From positions 1 through 53,589 of the forward strand of contig DATNEO010000195.1 of NCBI GenBank assembly GCA_035553035.1: a stretch of 53,589 bases of DNA, in the 5' to 3' direction. The number at the start of each line of letters is the position of its first letter. Positions within the stretch are counted from its first letter, which is position 1. Position numbers and translations under genes: made by a program. The notes below the pieces were generated by a model that saw only the letters and a list, made by a program, of their open reading frames with translations, had not been told where the DNA came from and did no database searches. Shown here piece after piece: positions 24,125 through 32,626 of the stretch. The stretch is from Gaiellales bacterium. Lineage in GTDB: Bacteria; Actinomycetota; Thermoleophilia; Gaiellales; JAICJC01.

Positions 24125-25093
24125 CTAGGGCCTCGCAACCAGGGCGGCACCGTCGGGCGGGCTCTTGAGCAGGCCCTGCGCCTGCATCCAGCGGCCGAAC
24201 CGGTTCCAGGCGGCGGGATCCAGGGAGGTCGTGTCCAGCAACCGAAGCGTTTCCGGCACCGACGTCGCAAGCGCGTTTCGGTAGTCGCGCGACGAGTTGG
24301 CGCGCATCACGGCCAGCGCGGCCGAGGGGTGGGCCTTCGCGTAGGCGGTGCCGGCCGCCAGCGCCGACACGAACGCGCGCACCTCGTGGCGGTAGCCACC
24401 GTCGCTCGCCAGCCGCTCGCTGTTCGCGACCACCACCAGCTCGTCATAGCCGGGCACCCCGTAGCGATCGACCGGGAACACCACCGGATGCAGGCCGCGC
24501 GCGGCCAGCTCCGCGCCCTCGATGTTCTGGAAGCCGCCGGCGATCGCGTCAACGCGGCCGGCCAGCAGCGCCGGCAGCAGATTGAAGCCGACGGTGACGA
24601 GGTGCACGTCGCTTTGTGCGAGGCCGGCAGTGCGGAGCAGCGTCTCGACGTAGGCGTTGGTCGAGGCGCTGCCGTCGACGCCGATCGTCTTGCCGCGCAG
24701 CCCGGCGGGCGTCGTGATGCCCTGCTCGGTCGTGATGATCGAGTTGAGCGCGGTGGGGACGATCGCCGCCACGGCCACCGCCGGCGCGTGCTGCTGCTGT
24801 GCGAAGAACAGCTCCGGCTCGTAGGAGATGCCCAGGTCGGCGCGCCCGGCGGCGACCAGCTTGATCGGGTCGGACACGTCGGTCGGCTGGCGCGGGGTCA
24901 CGTCCAGGCCGGCGCGTCGGAAGAAGCCGCGGTCGATGGCGGTGTAGAGCCCGACGTGGTCGGGGTTGGGGTACCAATCGAGCTGCAGCGATACGTTCTG
25001 CGGTGCGGCGCCGCTCGAGGTGGCGGCGCCGTCGCGGCCGCAGCCTGCGGCCAGGGCCAGCAGCGCGAGGAGTGGAAGGAATCGTCGTGGCAT
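24125..25093 (-). CDS. ThiY-like NMT1/THI5-family ABC substrate-binding lipoprotein (thiamine-pyrimidine salvage type)
   Basis: Lipobox LLALAAGC. LQLDWYPNPDHVGLYTAIDRGFF (NMT1/THI5 pattern). Directly preceded by a TPP riboswitch. Confidence 0.85.
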   Translation of the reverse strand: MPRRFLPLLALLALAAGCGRDGAATSSGAAPQNVSLQLDWYPNPDHVGLYTAIDRGFFRRAGLDVTPRQPTDVSDPIKLVAAGRADLGISYEPELFFAQQQHAPAVAVAAIVPTALNSIITTEQGITTPAGLRGKTIGVDGSASTNAYVETLLRTAGLAQSDVHLVTVGFNLLPALLAGRVDAIAGGFQNIEGAELAARGLHPVVFPVDRYGVPGYDELVVVANSERLASDGGYRHEVRAFVSALAAGTAYAKAHPSAALAVMRANSSRDYRNALATSVPETLRLLDTTSLDPAAWNRFGRWMQAQGLLKSPPDGAALVARP

Positions 25094-25094
25094 T

Positions 25095-25188
25095 GCTTGC
25101 GTCCCTTCGCCGGCATGATCCGGATCAGGTTCGACGGGTCGACGCTGCTACGCGTCCTCTCAGCCCGGTAAGGGACTCCCCGGCAAAC
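25095..25188 (-). promoter_or_regulatory. TPP (THI-box) riboswitch
   Basis: Minus-strand RNA: GUUUGC-C-GGGGAGUCCCUUACCGGGCUGAGAGGACGCGUAGCAGCGUCGACCCGUCGAACCUGAUCCGGAUCAUGCCGGCGAAGGGAC-GCAAGC-AAUG. It contains the invariant CUGAGA, ACCC, GAACCUGAUCCGGAUCAUGCCGGCG and AGGGA blocks. The P1 helix GUUUGC/GCAAGC ends 2 nt before the AUG, next to the GAAGGGA SD. Confidence 0.9.
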
Positions 25189-25204
25189 GGTTACGGGGCC
25201 TAGT

Positions 25205-25918
25205 TTAGCCCTCGCGCGCCCACGGGATCATGACCCGCTCGAGCAGCGTCACCAGCCCGAACAGGGCCAGCGCCAGCAGCGCCAGCAGCAGGATCGCGGC
25301 GCCCACCAGCTGGGTGTCGAGCTGGTCGTGCATCGAATCGGCAAGCCCGCCGGAGCCGCCCGCGTACTCCGCGAACAGCGCGGCCACGGCGGCGTAGGAG
25401 GCGGCGATGCGTGCGCCCGTGAACACGCGCGGCGACGCCCACGGCAGCTCCACCCGCCAGAAGATCGCCCGCGGCGAGGCGTTCAGCGTGCGCATGGTGG
25501 TGCGCAGCTCGGCCGGCGCCGACGCGAATCCGTCCAGCGCGTTGGCCGTGATCGGAAAGAAGCAGACCAGCGCCACGATCAGGGCCTTGGGTGAGAGGCC
25601 GAAGCCGAGGTAGATCACCAGCAGCGGCGCGATCGCGACGACCGGGATGCTCTGCGACGCCACCAGCAGCGGGTACACGGCCGAGCGCAGCCAGGGCAGA
25701 CGCTGCAGCAGGATCGCCGCGCCCAGGCCGAGGATCACCGCCAGCGCGAAGCCGAGCAGCATCTCGCGGGCGGTCACGGCAGCCTGCGACAGCAGCGTGG
25801 AGCGCTCGTCCCACAGCGCCGAGGCGATCCCGCTGGGCGACGGCAGCAGGTAGTCGGGCACCGACCGCAGGTCGACCCAGGCCTCCCAGGCGAGCAGCAG
25901 CCCCGCCAGCACCCACAC
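25205..25918 (-). CDS. ABC transporter permease (NitT/TauT-ThiX type)
   Basis: Six hydrophobic segments. Conserved cytoplasmic loop MRTLNASPRAIFWRVELPWASPRVFTGARIAASYA. Confidence 0.88.
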   Translation of the reverse strand: MWVLAGLLLAWEAWVDLRSVPDYLLPSPSGIASALWDERSTLLSQAAVTAREMLLGFALAVILGLGAAILLQRLPWLRSAVYPLLVASQSIPVVAIAPLLVIYLGFGLSPKALIVALVCFFPITANALDGFASAPAELRTTMRTLNASPRAIFWRVELPWASPRVFTGARIAASYAAVAALFAEYAGGSGGLADSMHDQLDTQLVGAAILLLALLALALFGLVTLLERVMIPWAREG

Positions 25919-25932
25919 CCAGGCGAACCGTT

Positions 25933-26649
25933 TCAGGATCGCAGCGCCTCCATCACGTCGTCATGGCTGAGCTGCGAGCTGGGCGCGTCCAGCAACAGCC
26001 GGCCCGGCCGCGGCGACAGCACGGCCACGCGCTCGCAGGTGCGAAGCGCCTCGTCCACGTCGTGGGTGACGAGCACGACCGTGCGCGGCTCCTGACCGAG
26101 CGTCTCTGCCAGCCACCCGCCCAATTCCTCGCGCGTGAGTGCATCCAGTGACGCGAACGGCTCGTCCAGCAGCAGCACGCCCTTCCCCGCCAGCAGCGTG
26201 CGCAGGAACGCTACCCGCTGCCGCATCCCACCCGACAGATGCCGCGGCTGCTCCTGCTCGAACCCCTCCAGCCCGAAGCGGCCGAACAGCGGCAGCGCTG
26301 CCTCTCGCGCCCGGCCGCGGCCGACACCGGCGTTCATAAGCGGCAGCGCCGCGTTGTCGAGCGCGCTTCTCCAGGGCAGCAGCAGGTCGTCCTGCGGCAT
26401 CAGCGCGCAGCCGGCCAGACGCCGCTCGGGCAGGTCGCCGCCGGCCACTGAGATGGCGCCGGCGCGCGGCTGCTCCAGGCCCGCGATCAGGTGCAGCAGC
26501 GTGGACTTGCCGCAGCCGCTGGGACCGACCACCGCCAGTCGGCTGCCGGCCGCGATCTCGAGGCTGATGTCGTGCAGCACCGCCAGCGGCCCGTAGCCGT
26601 GGCCGACGTGCTCGATCGAGATCGGGGCGCCGGCCATCGTCGCAATCAC
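25933..26649 (-). CDS. ABC transporter ATP-binding protein (ThiZ type)
   Basis: Walker A GPSGCGKST, signature LSGGMRQRV, Walker B LLLDEPF. Confidence 0.92.
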   Translation of the reverse strand: MIATMAGAPISIEHVGHGYGPLAVLHDISLEIAAGSRLAVVGPSGCGKSTLLHLIAGLEQPRAGAISVAGGDLPERRLAGCALMPQDDLLLPWRSALDNAALPLMNAGVGRGRAREAALPLFGRFGLEGFEQEQPRHLSGGMRQRVAFLRTLLAGKGVLLLDEPFASLDALTREELGGWLAETLGQEPRTVVLVTHDVDEALRTCERVAVLSPRPGRLLLDAPSSQLSHDDVMEALRS

Positions 26650-26665
26650 GGCCGCCTCAGCGTCA

Positions 26666-27481
26666 TCAGGCCACCGGGTTCTCCAGCGTCGCCACGCCGT
26701 CGACCTGACAGCGCACCACGTCCCCGGTTCGCAGGAACACGGGCGGGTCGCGGAACGCGCCGACGCCGGCGGGCGTGCCGGTGGCGATCAGGTCGCCCGG
26801 CTCGAGCGTGAAGGCCTGGGACAGGTGCGCGACCAGTCTCGGGATGGTGTGGATCATGTTGCCGGTCGAGGAGTTCTGCATCAGCTCGCCGTTCACCCAG
26901 CAGCGGATCGCCAGGTCGTGCGGATCGCGGATCTCGTCGGCGCTCACGAGCTCTGGCGCCAGCGGCGCGAAGGTGTCCAGGCTCTTGGCTCGTGTCCACT
27001 GCCCGTCGCCGCGCTGCAGGTCGCGCGCGGACACGTCGTTCATGACCGTGTAGCCGGCCACGTGCCGCCAGGCGCTGCTCTCGCCGATGTGCTTGCCGGC
27101 GCGGCCGATCACGACAACCAGCTCCGCCTCCCAGTCGACCTGCGAGGTCAGGGGCGACAGGCGGATCGGCTCACCGTCGCTGATCAGCGCGGACGGGTAC
27201 TTGGCGAACACGAGCGGCTGGGCCGGCGCTTCGGCACCCTGCTCGGCCGCGTGCTCACGGTAGTTCCGCCCGATGCACATGATCTTGCCCGGGTCGGGCA
27301 CGGCCGGCAGCGGCTGCACGGCCGCCCGCGGGTGATGCGAGATCGGCCGCACTCGGTCGATCCCGCGGGCCAGCAGGTCGCGCATGCCCAGGCCGGTGTC
27401 GTGGACGATCTCGCCGTCGCAGATGCCCGCGCGCGGCGGCCCTTCATCGATGCGGAAGCTGATCAGGCGCACGGCCCGCAC
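26666..27481 (-). CDS. Fumarylacetoacetate hydrolase (FAH) family protein
   Basis: GRNYREHAAE, VDWEAELVVVIG, ARDLQ...QWTRAKSLDTF, GDLIATGTPAGVG. Confidence 0.9.
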   Translation of the reverse strand: MRAVRLISFRIDEGPPRAGICDGEIVHDTGLGMRDLLARGIDRVRPISHHPRAAVQPLPAVPDPGKIMCIGRNYREHAAEQGAEAPAQPLVFAKYPSALISDGEPIRLSPLTSQVDWEAELVVVIGRAGKHIGESSAWRHVAGYTVMNDVSARDLQRGDGQWTRAKSLDTFAPLAPELVSADEIRDPHDLAIRCWVNGELMQNSSTGNMIHTIPRLVAHLSQAFTLEPGDLIATGTPAGVGAFRDPPVFLRTGDVVRCQVDGVATLENPVA

Positions 27482-27497
27482 GATAGAGCGTGCGGCG

Positions 27498-28172
27498 TTA
27501 GTTACGCGACTGCAGCAGCAGGATCGCCAGCTGGTAGACCGCGATCAGGGTACCGATCACGTAGGTGAGGGCGGCAGCGGTCAGCACCTTGCGGGCGACC
27601 GGCAGCTCCTCCGGCATCAGGATGCCCTGCGCGCCCAGCATCTGCATGGCGCGGCGGCTGGCGCCGAACTCGACCGGCAGTGTCACGAGCTGGAATACCA
27701 CCGTGACGGCGAAGATCGCGGCGCCGATCAGGATCAGTGGGCTGGCGGCGGTGCCTCCGGCGGAGGTGAAGGCGCCGATCATGACCAGCGGGAACCACGC
27801 CTGCGAGGCGAAGCCGACGGCCGGCGCGAGCGATCCGCGCATCCGGAACATGGACTCGCGGCGGGCGTCCTGGAAGGCGTGCCCGGTCTCATGCGCGGCG
27901 ACGGCGACGGCTGCGATCGTGTCCGAGTTGCCGACGGGCTGGCTCAGGCGCATCACCTTCGCGCGGGGGTCGTAGTGGTCGCTGAGCGACCCGCCGATCG
28001 ATTCGATGCCGACGTCCAGGCCGCCCGACTCCAGCATGCGGCGGGCCACCTGGGCCCCGGTCATGCCGGAAGCGGCGTGCACCTTGGAGCCGTCGGCGAA
28101 GGCGCGCTTGACCCACATCTGCCCGAGGGCACCGAGGATCAGGGGTGGAATGAACAGCAGCAGATACAACAT
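27498..28172 (-). CDS. YugP-type membrane zinc metallopeptidase
   Basis: HExxH (AAHETGHAFQD) between TM segments. GGAGGAGGGG SD upstream. Confidence 0.82.
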   Translation of the reverse strand: MLYLLLFIPPLILGALGQMWVKRAFADGSKVHAASGMTGAQVARRMLESGGLDVGIESIGGSLSDHYDPRAKVMRLSQPVGNSDTIAAVAVAAHETGHAFQDARRESMFRMRGSLAPAVGFASQAWFPLVMIGAFTSAGGTAASPLILIGAAIFAVTVVFQLVTLPVEFGASRRAMQMLGAQGILMPEELPVARKVLTAAALTYVIGTLIAVYQLAILLLQSRN

Positions 28173-28266
28173 GTGTCGGCGCCCCTCCTCCGGGCGTTTC
28201 GACGAGTATTTGCCTTGAAGGGTAGCCGTTCCTGCTTTGCCGGATCGGGCGCGTCACATCACTCGC

Positions 28267-28272
28267 TAATGT
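28267..28272 (+). promoter_or_regulatory. -10-like hexamer TAATGT 7 nt upstream of the BolA-like GTG (leaderless-type geometry)
   Basis: Sequence CGCTAATGT-TCGTAGC-GTG. Confidence 0.4.
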
Positions 28273-28279
28273 TCGTAGC

Positions 28280-28513
28280 GTGGCTGACATCGCCGAAATC
28301 GAGGGGTTGATCCGCACAGCTCTGCCCGGGTCCGAGGTGAGCGTCGAGGACATGGCAGGCGGCGACCATCTGTACGCCCACGTGCGTGCCCCGCAGTTCA
28401 CCGGTTTGCCGCTGATCGAGCAGCACCGGCTCGTGAACGGCGCCGTCGACCACCTGCTCGGCCCGGGCCGGCCAATCCACGCACTCAAGATCAAGACGGA
28501 GGCAACGCAATGA
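28280..28513 (+). CDS. BolA/IbaG-family protein
   Basis: 77 aa. ...FTGLPLIEQHRLVNGAVDHLL...IHALKIKT. Confidence 0.82.
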   Translation: MADIAEIEGLIRTALPGSEVSVEDMAGGDHLYAHVRAPQFTGLPLIEQHRLVNGAVDHLLGPGRPIHALKIKTEATQ

Positions 28514-28836
28514 TCATCACCGAGGACGAGATCCGCCAGGAGGTGCTGAACTCGATCGCGCAGAACCGCGTGATGCTGTTCATGAAGGGCACCCCGGAGA
28601 TGCCGCGCTGCGGCTTCTCGATGCAGACGGTGGCCTGCCTGAAGGACACCGGCGCCGAGTTCGCGGCCATGGACATCCTGCCCGATCCCCGCATCCGGCA
28701 GCTGCTGTCGGAGCATTCGGGGTGGCCGACCATCCCACAGCTGTTCGTCGACGGCCAGCTGGTGGGCGGCTGTGACATCGTCACGGAGCTGCACGAGACC
28801 GGTCAGCTGAAGGAGCTGGTCAACGCCGCCGCATAG
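28510..28836 (+). CDS. Grx4-type monothiol glutaredoxin
   Basis: ATGA overlap with the bolA-like gene. VMLFMKGTPEMPRCGFSMQ (CGFS active site), WPTIPQLFVDGQLVGGCDI. Confidence 0.92.
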   Translation: MIITEDEIRQEVLNSIAQNRVMLFMKGTPEMPRCGFSMQTVACLKDTGAEFAAMDILPDPRIRQLLSEHSGWPTIPQLFVDGQLVGGCDIVTELHETGQLKELVNAAA

Positions 28837-28861
28837 CACCGCGGCCGTCGTCGGCGGGGGC

Positions 28862-29848
28862 GTGATCGGCCTCTCGGCCGCACGCGCACTGCGTGAAGAT
28901 GGGTTCGCGGTCACGGTCTACGAGCAGCACTCGGTGGGCACCCGGCTGGGCAGCTCGCCCGGGCGCTCGCGCATCTACCGCACCAGCTACCGGCACGAGG
29001 ACTACTGCCGGCTGGCGCGGCGCTCGATCGACGAGTGGATGCGGCTGGATCCGGCCCTGCTGCTGCGAAACGGCCTGCTCGAACACGGGCGCGGGGTCGA
29101 TCAGCACGCGGCGGTGCTGGAGCGCTGCGGCGAGCAGTACAGCTGGCTGGAGCCGGCCGAGGCCGAGCGGCTGTTCCCGGAGGCGCGGTTCTCCGGGCCG
29201 GTGCTGTGGACGCCCGACGCCGGCGCGGTGCTCGCCGACGACGCGCTGGCACGGCTGCGGCAGGGCGTGGAGGTGGTCGAGGGTGCGCGCATCGCCGACC
29301 CCTCGCAGCTGGAGGCCGATGCCGTGGTGGTCTGCCCGGGCTCGTGGTTGTCGCGCCTGTACGATCTGCCGGTGTACGGCCAGATCGAGCAGGTCTGCTT
29401 CTTTCGCGGCGCGCCCGATTCGCGGCCGTCGCTGGTCGACCACGGCGGTGGGCGGGACGACCGCTTCTGGTATGGGGTGGTGTCGCCCGGCGTCGGCTAC
29501 AAGGCCGCGCAGGACGGCGCCCGCAAGGGGCCGTTCGACCCCGACCGGCGTGATCGCCCGGTGCTGTCGGAGGTGGTCGACGACCTGCGCGCCCACGTCG
29601 CCGAGGCGCTGCCCGGCCTGATTCCCGAGCCGGTGCACCAGGAGGCCTGCCTCTACACGGTGACGCCCGACGGCGACTTCATCCTCGACCAGATCGACGG
29701 CGTCGTGGTCTGCGGCGGCGACAGCGGCCACGCGTTCAAGTTCGGTCCGCTGCTGGGGCGCCTGTGCGCCGACCTGGCGCAGGGGCGGCCGCTGCCACCG
29801 GAGTGTGACCGCTTCCGGGCCGACCGCTTCGCGAAGGCGGTGACCTGA
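28862..29848 (+). CDS. Sarcosine oxidase / N-methyltryptophan oxidase-like FAD oxidoreductase (5' end problematic)
   Basis: GSSPGRSRIYRTSY, ACLYTVTPDGDFILD (Cys at the covalent-FAD position of MSOX-type enzymes, from memory), GDSGHAFKFGPLLG. The first canonical start (GTG 28862) cuts through the dinucleotide-binding motif. The in-frame upstream codons 28838-28861 read TAAVVGGG. Confidence 0.75.
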   Translation: MIGLSAARALREDGFAVTVYEQHSVGTRLGSSPGRSRIYRTSYRHEDYCRLARRSIDEWMRLDPALLLRNGLLEHGRGVDQHAAVLERCGEQYSWLEPAEAERLFPEARFSGPVLWTPDAGAVLADDALARLRQGVEVVEGARIADPSQLEADAVVVCPGSWLSRLYDLPVYGQIEQVCFFRGAPDSRPSLVDHGGGRDDRFWYGVVSPGVGYKAAQDGARKGPFDPDRRDRPVLSEVVDDLRAHVAEALPGLIPEPVHQEACLYTVTPDGDFILDQIDGVVVCGGDSGHAFKFGPLLGRLCADLAQGRPLPPECDRFRADRFAKAVT

Positions 29849-29850
29849 GC

Positions 29851-31218
29851 GTGCAGGACGCGACCGACCTGGCAACCGCGGTCCGTGCGGGCAACGTGTC
29901 GGCGACGGAGGTTGCCCGCTACGCACTTGACCGGGCCGGCGCCGACGAGCTGGGCGCGGTCTGGCTGGTGACCGAGGAGCGGGCGCTGCGAGAGGCCGCC
30001 GCGGTGGACGCTGCGGTGGCGGCTGGGCGTGACCCGGGCCCGCTCGCGGGCGTGCCGGTCGGCTGGAAGGATCTGATCGACACCGGCGGCATCCGAACGA
30101 CGTACGGCAGCGCCATCTATCGCGATCACGTGCCCGAGCGCGACGCCGATGTGGTCGCTCGGTCGGCGGCTGCCGGCGCCGTCTGCATCGCCAAGCTGAA
30201 CACCCACGAACTGGCGTGGGGCGTGACCTGCGACAACCCCTGGTTCGGCTCGTGCCGCAATCCGCACGACCCCACGCGCATCCCGGGCGGGTCGAGCGGC
30301 GGCTCGGGAGCGGCCGTGGCGGCCGGGATCGTGGCGCTGGCGCCGGGAACCGACACCGGCGGCTCGATCCGATGCCCGTCGTCGGTATGCGGGATCGTGG
30401 GGCTGAAGCCGACCCACGGGCGGGTCAGCCTGGCGGGGATCAAGCCGCTCTGCCCGTCGCTCGACCACTGCGGCCCGATGGCCCGGTCGGTGCGTGATGC
30501 GGCGCTGGCGCTGGAGGTGCTGGCCGGGCCGTCGCCGAACGATCCGCGCACGCAGCCGGTGCCGGTTCCGCGCTACCGTGACGCGCTCGATGCCGGAGTC
30601 GAGGGGCGCACGATCGGCGTGGCCGAGCGCTTCTTCTTCGAGCACACCGACCCGGGCCTCGTGCCGATCGTGCGGGATGCGGTGGCGCTGCTGGAGCGGG
30701 CGGGTGCGCGGCTGGTCGAGGTCGACATGGAGTGGCCGGTCGCGGGGCTGAATGAGAACAGCTTCTACCTGACCGAGGAGGCCGGGGCGCTCTACGAGCA
30801 CTGGCCGCAGCGGCGCGCCGATCTGGGGCCGGACATCGTCGCCGAGATGGAGGCGGGCGACCGGCTCAGCGGACGCGAGGCCGGCCACATCATGTTCCTG
30901 CGCCTCGCGTACCAGGGGCGGATGCTGGCGAAGATGCACGAGCAGGGCATCGACATGATCGTCTCGCCGACCGAGCCGATCACCGCGCCCACCATCGGCA
31001 CGCTGAAGGTGCCGTTCGCAGGCGAGCAGGAGGCGGACGTGACCAGCGTCATGTGCGGGCTGACGGGCGTGTTCAACACGCTCGGTTGGCCGGCGATCTC
31101 GGTGCCGTGCGGGATGGATTCGCTGGGGATGCCGGTGGGGCTGCAGATCGCGGCGCGGCCCTGGCGCGAGGTCGACTGCCTGGCCGCTGCGGCCGTGGTC
31201 GAGCGCGAGCTCGCCTAG
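29851..31218 (+). CDS. Amidase-signature family amidase
   Basis: GGSSGGSGAAVAAG, GTDTGGSIRCPSSVCG. GTG start 2 nt after the previous stop. Confidence 0.9.
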   Translation: MQDATDLATAVRAGNVSATEVARYALDRAGADELGAVWLVTEERALREAAAVDAAVAAGRDPGPLAGVPVGWKDLIDTGGIRTTYGSAIYRDHVPERDADVVARSAAAGAVCIAKLNTHELAWGVTCDNPWFGSCRNPHDPTRIPGGSSGGSGAAVAAGIVALAPGTDTGGSIRCPSSVCGIVGLKPTHGRVSLAGIKPLCPSLDHCGPMARSVRDAALALEVLAGPSPNDPRTQPVPVPRYRDALDAGVEGRTIGVAERFFFEHTDPGLVPIVRDAVALLERAGARLVEVDMEWPVAGLNENSFYLTEEAGALYEHWPQRRADLGPDIVAEMEAGDRLSGREAGHIMFLRLAYQGRMLAKMHEQGIDMIVSPTEPITAPTIGTLKVPFAGEQEADVTSVMCGLTGVFNTLGWPAISVPCGMDSLGMPVGLQIAARPWREVDCLAAAAVVERELA

Positions 31219-32303
31219 ACGGACGCGGCGTGCAGCGGCACGGCGTGCACGCCGCCGCAGGGCCCGTTGCGGTGCAGCGTCATGCGCCGCGCGGCCGGGT
31301 CGACGATCACGGTGGCGAGCGTGCGCCAGCGGTCGCCGAACTCGGCTGCCGGGTCGGGGTGCACGCAGATGGCGCCCCAGCCTCCGCGGTGGCTGCGAAG
31401 CGCGCTCAGGATCGCGTCCTCATCGATCGCACCCTCGGCCACGCGTGACATCGCCCGGCGGGCGTGGTCGAGCCGCAGCACCGAGTCGGGCGCCTCGCGC
31501 ACCATCGTGTCGGCCAGACGGCCGGGCTCAGCCAGGAAGTGGTTGGTGTGGACGAGCACGCCGCGCTCGTCCGGCGTCACGAACCCTGGCCCCGCGGGTG
31601 ACAGCTCGACGGTGCAGACGGCGCCGCCGTCCTCGTCGTCGGCGATCACGGTGACGGCGCTCGAGGCCGACATGGTCGCATTGGAGAGCATCGCCAGCGC
31701 CTCGACCCCGTCGCCGGCGCGATCGAGCACGTGACGGTTCAGCACGTGTACCGGTACGCCGATGGGCGGGCCATCATCGCGGTGGCCGAGGATGTTCATG
31801 AGGATTGCGACGCCCTCGCTGGACACGCCCACCTTGCCGACGATGCCGGCCTCGGTCATGGTCTCGACGCGATGGCCGCCGGGATGGTCGATCGTCCAGC
31901 GCATCCAGCTATCCGACAGCTCGTCGTGCCAGTCCCAGGTCTGGACGCCGATCGGCGTGCCCGACGAGGTGGTGGTGCCCAGGCAGGCGATCGCGGAGCA
32001 CTCGCCGCGGCCGGCAGCCAGCAGCTCGGTGCGGGCGTTGAGCGCGCCGATCAGCTCGGGCGCGAGCCCGCTTCCGGCGGCGATGCCCGCGATCTCGTCG
32101 CTCAGGTCGGGCGCGAAGACGCCGATGCGGTCGACCGCCTCGGCGCCGAACTCGAGCACCTGGCCCTCCTCAAGGCCCTTCAGCCGGAACAGGCGCAAAT
32201 AGACGTCGGCGGTCGCGGCGATCCGGTCGGCCTGGGCGACGCCGAAGCCCCGCCCGCGGTCGCCCGGTGTCGACTCGGTGGAATGATGAACGGGGATGGC
32301 CAC
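31215..32303 (-). CDS. Peptidase C45 / acyl-CoA:6-aminopenicillanate acyltransferase-like Ntn hydrolase
   Basis: Track ORF 31215..32363. GDRGRGFGVAQADRI near the N-terminus; candidate Ntn nucleophile GRGECSAIACLG. I prefer GTG 32303 because TATTCT lies 7 nt upstream; ATG 32363 remains possible. Confidence 0.8.
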   Translation of the reverse strand: MAIPVHHSTESTPGDRGRGFGVAQADRIAATADVYLRLFRLKGLEEGQVLEFGAEAVDRIGVFAPDLSDEIAGIAAGSGLAPELIGALNARTELLAAGRGECSAIACLGTTTSSGTPIGVQTWDWHDELSDSWMRWTIDHPGGHRVETMTEAGIVGKVGVSSEGVAILMNILGHRDDGPPIGVPVHVLNRHVLDRAGDGVEALAMLSNATMSASSAVTVIADDEDGGAVCTVELSPAGPGFVTPDERGVLVHTNHFLAEPGRLADTMVREAPDSVLRLDHARRAMSRVAEGAIDEDAILSALRSHRGGWGAICVHPDPAAEFGDRWRTLATVIVDPAARRMTLHRNGPCGGVHAVPLHAASV

Positions 32304-32310
32304 GAGCCCC

Positions 32311-32316
32311 AGAATA
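32311..32316 (-). promoter_or_regulatory. -10-like hexamer TATTCT 7 nt upstream of the C45-family GTG (leaderless-type geometry)
   Basis: Minus-strand sequence CGGGTATTCT-GGGGCTC-GTG. Back to back with the plus-strand hexamer at 32321. Confidence 0.4.
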
Positions 32317-32320
32317 CCCG

Positions 32321-32326
32321 TAGAGT
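32321..32326 (+). promoter_or_regulatory. -10-like hexamer TAGAGT 7 nt upstream of the small lipoprotein GTG (leaderless-type geometry)
   Basis: Sequence CCGTAGAGT-CAGGTCG-GTG. Confidence 0.4.
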
Positions 32327-32333
32327 CAGGTCG

Positions 32334-32621
32334 GTGAATCGAATCCTGATGGGTGCCATGCATGTGATCGCCGTCCCCGCCTCCGGCTGCGGCGGGTTGT
32401 CGTCGACCGGGTCGCCCCCGGTATCGGACGCGGTGTCACAGGTCAAGGAGGACGGGTTCTCGGTCGACGTGACGGGCGCTGAGCACCGGCCGGGCACGCG
32501 TCCCGAGTTCGATACCTACCTCGCGAGCGGGCGGCTGCTGCTGGGGTTGAGTCACGGCGAACGTAAAGCCGCACTCACCGAGCGCGATCTGCACAGGCTG
32601 GCCGGCGAGATCGGTTCGTAG
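32334..32621 (+). CDS. Small putative lipoprotein
   Basis: In-frame tail of track ORF 31731..32621. VNRILMGAMHVIAVPASGCGG looks like a lipoprotein signal peptide (lipobox ASGC). The -10 geometry supports the GTG at 32334. Confidence 0.45.
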   Translation: MNRILMGAMHVIAVPASGCGGLSSTGSPPVSDAVSQVKEDGFSVDVTGAEHRPGTRPEFDTYLASGRLLLGLSHGERKAALTERDLHRLAGEIGS

Positions 32622-32626
32622 GCGAC

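Noticed and set aside
28825-28865. Programmed +1 frameshift fusing the glutaredoxin to the downstream FAD oxidase. The oxidase frame is +1 relative to grx and open across the grx stop.
   Set aside because: The GCA-TAG-C context offers no slippery re-pairing for the P-site tRNA, and no stimulatory SD-like element was seen. An assembly error or a damaged start is more parsimonious.
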